From an uncultured Tissierellia bacterium (GTDB taxonomy: Bacteria; Bacillota; Clostridia; Tissierellales; Peptoniphilaceae): DNA of 64,000 nucleotides. The notes under the pieces were generated by a model that was not told where the DNA came from, searched no databases, and was given only the letters and a program-made list of their open reading frames with translations. Within the stretch, counting starts at the first letter, position 1. Each line of letters starts with the position of its first letter. Of the stretch, positions 60,372 to 64,000 are shown one piece after another. The position numbers and the translations under genes were made by a program. The stretch covers positions 32,371 to 96,370 of the forward strand of contig CAMYAK010000003.1 in assembly GCA_947253765.1 (NCBI GenBank), given 5' to 3'.

Positions 60372-63264
60372 CCTTGGTTATGTCTTCATCATCTCTTACT
60401 ATCATCTTTTCAACGTTAATTATGAAAGGCGGTTGCGCTCCCTCGTTGTTCTTAGCTCCTACACGCTTAAGAGCCTCATCAAAAAAGGCATCGAGTTTAT
60501 GTGTAGGCACGACCGCTTCAGATCCTGCTTCACCGACACCGATTACTGAGGGCTTATCAAAGATACCACCTTGTTTGTACCATTTAAGGCCGATCTTTGG
60601 AGGGAAATCCCCTGAAAACGGGTTTATTGAACCGCTGAACGAAAAGTGGGGAAGTGGTATTTTAGGCCAGGTGAATTTGAAATTGAAAAAGCCCTTTATT
60701 TTATCTATGGCCTTCTTCACTAAGTCCCTTGCAGCCTCAATTGGCTTGGATATTGCTTCCTTTATCCCATTCCAAATAGTGGTAACGGTAGTTTTGATAC
60801 CGTTGAAAACATTACTTACTTTGGTTTTTACTGCTTCTACTGCACCACCAACACCGGTCTTAATGCCGTTCCAAACGCCATCAATCACCGTCTTAATGCC
60901 GTTCCATATATTGGTAACTATTGTTTTAATTACATTAAAAACAGTTTCTATAACTGTTTTAACGGCATTTATATAGGTGGTGACTCCGATTTTAATTGCA
61001 TTCCAGACTACATCAATAACTGCCTTTATGCCATTCCAAACAGTGGAGACTATTGTTTTCACTATATTAAAATAAGTTTCTATAATTGTTTTAACAGCAT
61101 TTATATAGATGGTAATTCCTGTTTTAATCGCATTCCAGACCACGGATATTACAGTTTTGATCCCGTTCCATACTGTCCCGGTTACTGTTTTAATCTTCTG
61201 CCAAGCCCCTGATATAGCTGAACCAATGGCGCCTATGATTGGGGAAATGAACGACAAGATCCCGTTCCAAACCTCAACGATCTTATCCCAAACTTGCTGA
61301 GCTACGGCTTTGACAGTATCCCAGTGGGTTATAAGAAGCGCTACAGCTGCAACAATAGCCGCAATTATTAGAACAATCGGGTTGGCTGAAACAAAGGCGG
61401 TAATGCCACCGATAGATGTTTTTAGCGCCGTAAAAATCCCTGTAATATTGGTGATTAATGGGCCTAAAAGACCAATGGCCGTTTGAACAGTTGCTATTAC
61501 AGCGACTACGGCTAAAAATCCTGCAGCAAGCCCGGCAATAACAACTATTGCGGTTTTAACCCCGGGACTTAATGATGTAAACCCGGCACTTAGTTTTTGT
61601 AAAAAACTAACTAATGCATTTATAGCAGGTGCTGCCGCTTCTTGAATTGTAGATCCTATATCTCCTAGTACGATATCAAGATTGTGCTGAGCAACTGTAA
61701 CATTATCTACCGGGTCAAGCATTGCATCGTATGTACTCTCAATTGTCCCTCCGGCATCAGCAACAGATTCTTTAAGCTTGCTGAAATTTAAATGGCCCTC
61801 TTTAGCGGCGTCAAACATCCTCCTTGCGCCCTTGCTCCCAAAAAGCTCAGCCGCCATATTAAGCTTCTTTTGTTCATCAGTTGAAGTGTTGACCACCTTG
61901 TTAAATTCATCCAAAACTTGATTCAAAGTCTTGTGTTTGTCAGATGCTACTATCTCCGCTTTTGTTAAATAGCTCAAGGCCTGCGATCCGTTAATCCCGG
62001 ATTGTTCGAATTGACTCATTGCGACCACTGACTCATTAAAGCTTAGCCCAAGGCTTCGCAATGTGGGTGCCCCTTGCGCCACGGAATCTAAAAGCTTTTC
62101 TGTGGCAACTCCTGTGTCTTGGCCCGCTTTAGTAACTACATCTAAAACACTCCCGAGATCATTTGCGGATAACCCGAATTGCTCCATTGCCCCCTTGGCT
62201 GATTGGGTAGCTGTAGTAACATCGCTCCCGTTAATCTCCGCATATTGGAGTAGCTTTCTTGTTGCTGATTCAAGTTCATCACCTTGTAAACCGAACTGTG
62301 TATTAAGTTCACCTATGGCATCACCCACAGCCTTGGATTCTGAGGGCATAGAAGAATAGACATTCGTAAAAGTCTTTCCCATTTTCTCAGCCGCTTCACC
62401 CGTTGCCCCGGTCTTGGCAATGATCGTGTCTTGGCCCTCGTCAAGCTTTTCCCAGGCATCCATAATTGTGCTTATCGCATCGCCTATAGTATCTTTTAGT
62501 TTTCCGAAAAGATCAATTGCCGCATCAAGGCCTGAAATTTGTACAGCATTATTTTTTATTCCTTCAATTGCTTGATCCGCTTCATCTGCAGACTTGCCCA
62601 GCTCCCCAAACTGCGCTCCAGAGGCTCTGGCTGCTTGCTGGAGGGTTTCAAAAGATACTCCCTCTCCAAGTCTTGCCAGATCTTCGCTTAATTTTTCGCT
62701 GTCTCCCCCTGTTCCCAGAAGTTCATCGCCTAACTTCTGAAGAGCTATTTCCATCTGTTCTGATGAACCTTCGCCTTTTTTAAAGGCTTCAACAGTATCT
62801 TCCCCAAGTATATCCACAAAGTTATCAATTGTTGTTCCGGATGCTTCAAAAATTGTGGATAATTTTTGTGTGGCAGTTTCAAGCTTTTCTTGCTCACTTT
62901 GAGAAGAGGCTAAGCGCTTTTCATAATTCTGTAGCTGTCCTTCGGTGGATATTATCTCCCTTTGAAAAGCTTCGTATTGGTCAACTGAAATTTTTCCCTC
63001 GTTGAGCTGCTGTTTCATCTGACCATCAGCTTCTCTAAGAACTTTTAATTTTTCCTTGGTGGCATTAATAGCTTCTCCAAGGTTTCGCTGTTGCTGCTCA
63101 ACAAGTTTGGTATTCCCCGGATTAAATTTCAGATTCTTTTCAATTTCTTTCAAGGCCCTTGCTGATGTCTGTGCGGCCTTTTCGGAAGATGATAACGCCT
63201 TATTAAGTTTTGTTACATCACCGTTGAGTTCTATGGTGATTCCTTTAATTCTTCCATTGGCCAT
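60319..63264 (-). CDS. phage tail tape-measure protein
   Basis: 981 aa: N-terminal coiled-coil, central TM segments, tandem 11-aa WNGIKT-type repeats, and a C-terminal region. Confidence 0.8.
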   Translation of the reverse strand: MANGRIKGITIELNGDVTKLNKALSSSEKAAQTSARALKEIEKNLKFNPGNTKLVEQQQRNLGEAINATKEKLKVLREADGQMKQQLNEGKISVDQYEAFQREIISTEGQLQNYEKRLASSQSEQEKLETATQKLSTIFEASGTTIDNFVDILGEDTVEAFKKGEGSSEQMEIALQKLGDELLGTGGDSEKLSEDLARLGEGVSFETLQQAARASGAQFGELGKSADEADQAIEGIKNNAVQISGLDAAIDLFGKLKDTIGDAISTIMDAWEKLDEGQDTIIAKTGATGEAAEKMGKTFTNVYSSMPSESKAVGDAIGELNTQFGLQGDELESATRKLLQYAEINGSDVTTATQSAKGAMEQFGLSANDLGSVLDVVTKAGQDTGVATEKLLDSVAQGAPTLRSLGLSFNESVVAMSQFEQSGINGSQALSYLTKAEIVASDKHKTLNQVLDEFNKVVNTSTDEQKKLNMAAELFGSKGARRMFDAAKEGHLNFSKLKESVADAGGTIESTYDAMLDPVDNVTVAQHNLDIVLGDIGSTIQEAAAPAINALVSFLQKLSAGFTSLSPGVKTAIVVIAGLAAGFLAVVAVIATVQTAIGLLGPLITNITGIFTALKTSIGGITAFVSANPIVLIIAAIVAAVALLITHWDTVKAVAQQVWDKIVEVWNGILSFISPIIGAIGSAISGAWQKIKTVTGTVWNGIKTVISVVWNAIKTGITIYINAVKTIIETYFNIVKTIVSTVWNGIKAVIDVVWNAIKIGVTTYINAVKTVIETVFNVIKTIVTNIWNGIKTVIDGVWNGIKTGVGGAVEAVKTKVSNVFNGIKTTVTTIWNGIKEAISKPIEAARDLVKKAIDKIKGFFNFKFTWPKIPLPHFSFSGSINPFSGDFPPKIGLKWYKQGGIFDKPSVIGVGEAGSEAVVPTHKLDAFFDEALKRVGAKNNEGAQPPFIINVEKMIVRDDEDITKVAQELERLWRRERRRYV
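60745..61215 (-). repeat. 33-bp (11-aa) tandem repeats in the tape-measure gene, including a roughly 132-bp duplicated block
   Basis: About 14 copies of the (V/I)WN(G/A)IKTxxxxx repeat. The blocks at about 60900-61020 and 61035-61150 are about 85% identical. Confidence 0.7.
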
Positions 63265-63330
63265 CTCTTTACCTCCAATAAAAAAGCACCCTAGCCATCT
63301 AGGATGCTTTAATCTCTATTGTTGTATTTT

Positions 63331-63648
63331 TTAGAAAAGGTTTAAAAACGCCTCTTTCAATGTCTTTCTATGCTGTTTCTTAATCGCTTTAACAATTATT
63401 TTTCTTCTTTTCATTTCTTTTTTATAAATAAAATCAACTTTCGCTCCTATCGCAGCTAAAACCGTTGTTTGTGCAACAAAATCTTTGGGTATCTCAGTTT
63501 TTCCTTGAATCTTATTCCAAATTACGTTTCTGTTTGGAACAGGATAAGCTTTATAGGGGTTGTATCTCGCCCACTCAAAATAAGCTTTTCTGAATGTCTC
63601 CCACCTAATTTCAAAAGGTGCTTTTTCTAATGTTTTATTGTTTTCCAT
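63331..63648 (-). CDS. phage protein between the chaperone and tape-measure genes (possible second tail assembly chaperone)
   Basis: 105 aa with its own strong RBS, GGGAGGTG. The call is from position only. Confidence 0.35.
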   Translation of the reverse strand: MENNKTLEKAPFEIRWETFRKAYFEWARYNPYKAYPVPNRNVIWNKIQGKTEIPKDFVAQTTVLAAIGAKVDFIYKKEMKRRKIIVKAIKKQHRKTLKEAFLNLF

Positions 63649-63692
63649 AATGCACCTCCCGTTTTTCTTATTTATATTATACCCAATTTAAA

Positions 63693-63902
63693 TCAAAACT
63701 TGTCAAAATCCAATTGTGTCGCTTCTCTTACTCCACCACTGTCATGTTTTCCAGGTGAAATTGTCTCGTTATATTCTATGCAGTAGTCGACTATTTGCCC
63801 CGGATTAAGGAGCTCGAAAGTTGAAACATCAAGCCCCCTAAGCTGGGCCCCTACCATCATCGATTCCAGTGTTACTTCTTTATCGTTATGGTCTTTTTTT
63901 TT
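63693..63902 (-). CDS. -1 frame extension of the tail assembly chaperone (gpGT-like product)
   Basis: The -1 frame is closed by a TGA immediately 5' of the A AAA AAA AAG run. It then stays open for about 68 codons (KKKDHNDKEVTLESMMVGAQLRGLDVSTFELLNPGQIVDYCIEYNE…DFDKF*). Confidence 0.45.
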   Translation of the reverse strand, partial: KKKDHNDKEVTLESMMVGAQLRGLDVSTFELLNPGQIVDYCIEYNETISPGKHDSGGVREATQLDFDKF

Positions 63903-64000
63903 GAGTCAGGTTCAATCGTTTTGGACGTTTTAAAGGCTGCAGCTAACATATCTTTTAAGTCCATTAAAATCATGAAAACAGGGAATTCGTCAAAGCTATC
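63872..64000 (-). CDS. tail assembly chaperone (gpG-like), C-terminal part. The N-terminus lies beyond the window.
   Basis: The frame reads …DSFDEFPVFMILMDLKDMLAAAFKTSKTIEPDSKKKTITIKK* and stops 8 codons after the A9 slippery run. Confidence 0.45.
   Translation of the reverse strand, partial: DSFDEFPVFMILMDLKDMLAAAFKTSKTIEPDSKKKTITIKK

Larger units (their letters stand above)
50900..64000. mobile_element. prophage (siphovirus-like): the late, tail and lysis end plus the junction moron region. It continues beyond the right window edge, and the left boundary is approximate.
   Basis: All genes here are phage-type (chaperones with slippery site, TMP, Dit, Tal, tail fiber, endolysin, holin). All are on one strand and end about 100 bp from the host thl promoter. 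Confidence 0.75.

Noticed and set aside
63894-63902. The A9/T9 homopolymer as a simple sequencing error
   Set aside because: That is possible, but the -1 frame is closed exactly up to the run and opens after it, and the site matches the canonical A AAA AAG slippery heptamer upstream of a TMP. I kept it as a finding with this alternative stated.

Overview
This is a 64 kb chromosomal segment from a low-to-moderate GC Firmicute. Gene content suggests a Clostridia-type anaerobic butyrate producer. Almost all genes are on the minus strand. 1-12.6 kb: the 3' part of the ribosomal-protein supercluster (S10-spc-alpha: rpsJ through rpsK, then the start of rpsD), including secY, adk, infA and rpmJ. A KOW-domain protein sits where map is usually found. 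12.6-13.0 kb: a long GC-rich leader and the promoter of the S10 operon. 13.0-14.3 kb: an AT-rich two-gene islet encoding a lipoprotein and a secreted protein. 14.3-30.5 kb: housekeeping genes (threonine aldolase-like lyase, amino-acid ABC transporter, class-3 FBPase, tadA, MFS transporter, gpsA, uvrA, uvrB, C-terminal processing protease, tdk). 30.5-32.3 kb: a decayed mobile-element scar, comprising an in-frame Bro-N-like fragment fused to the C-terminal half of a large serine recombinase, a small membrane protein, an array of ACACGAAA-type direct repeats, and 28-bp TTGACA-containing repeats abutting pyk. 32.3-44.6 kb: pyk-pfkA-dnaE, sirtuin, deoC, pgi, a PAS-PP2C phosphatase, a THUMP RNA methyltransferase, GtrA. 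44.7-50.9 kb: a complete butyryl-CoA operon (thl-crt-hbd-bcd-etfB-etfA) with a consensus promoter. 50.9-64.0 kb, running off the window: the late/lysis end of a siphovirus-like prophage. It contains tail assembly chaperones with a canonical -1 slippery site, a tape-measure protein with 11-aa tandem repeats, Dit, Tal, a BppU-like tail fiber with a long coiled-coil repeat, and an endolysin and holin. The most interesting part is at the prophage/host junction: a tandemly duplicated micro-operon, each copy encoding a 34-aa tail-anchored hydrophobic peptide translationally coupled to a 64-aa charged helical protein, with its own promoter and intrinsic terminator. It is a candidate toxin-antitoxin or phage-exclusion moron. 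No rRNA, tRNA or CRISPR was found.
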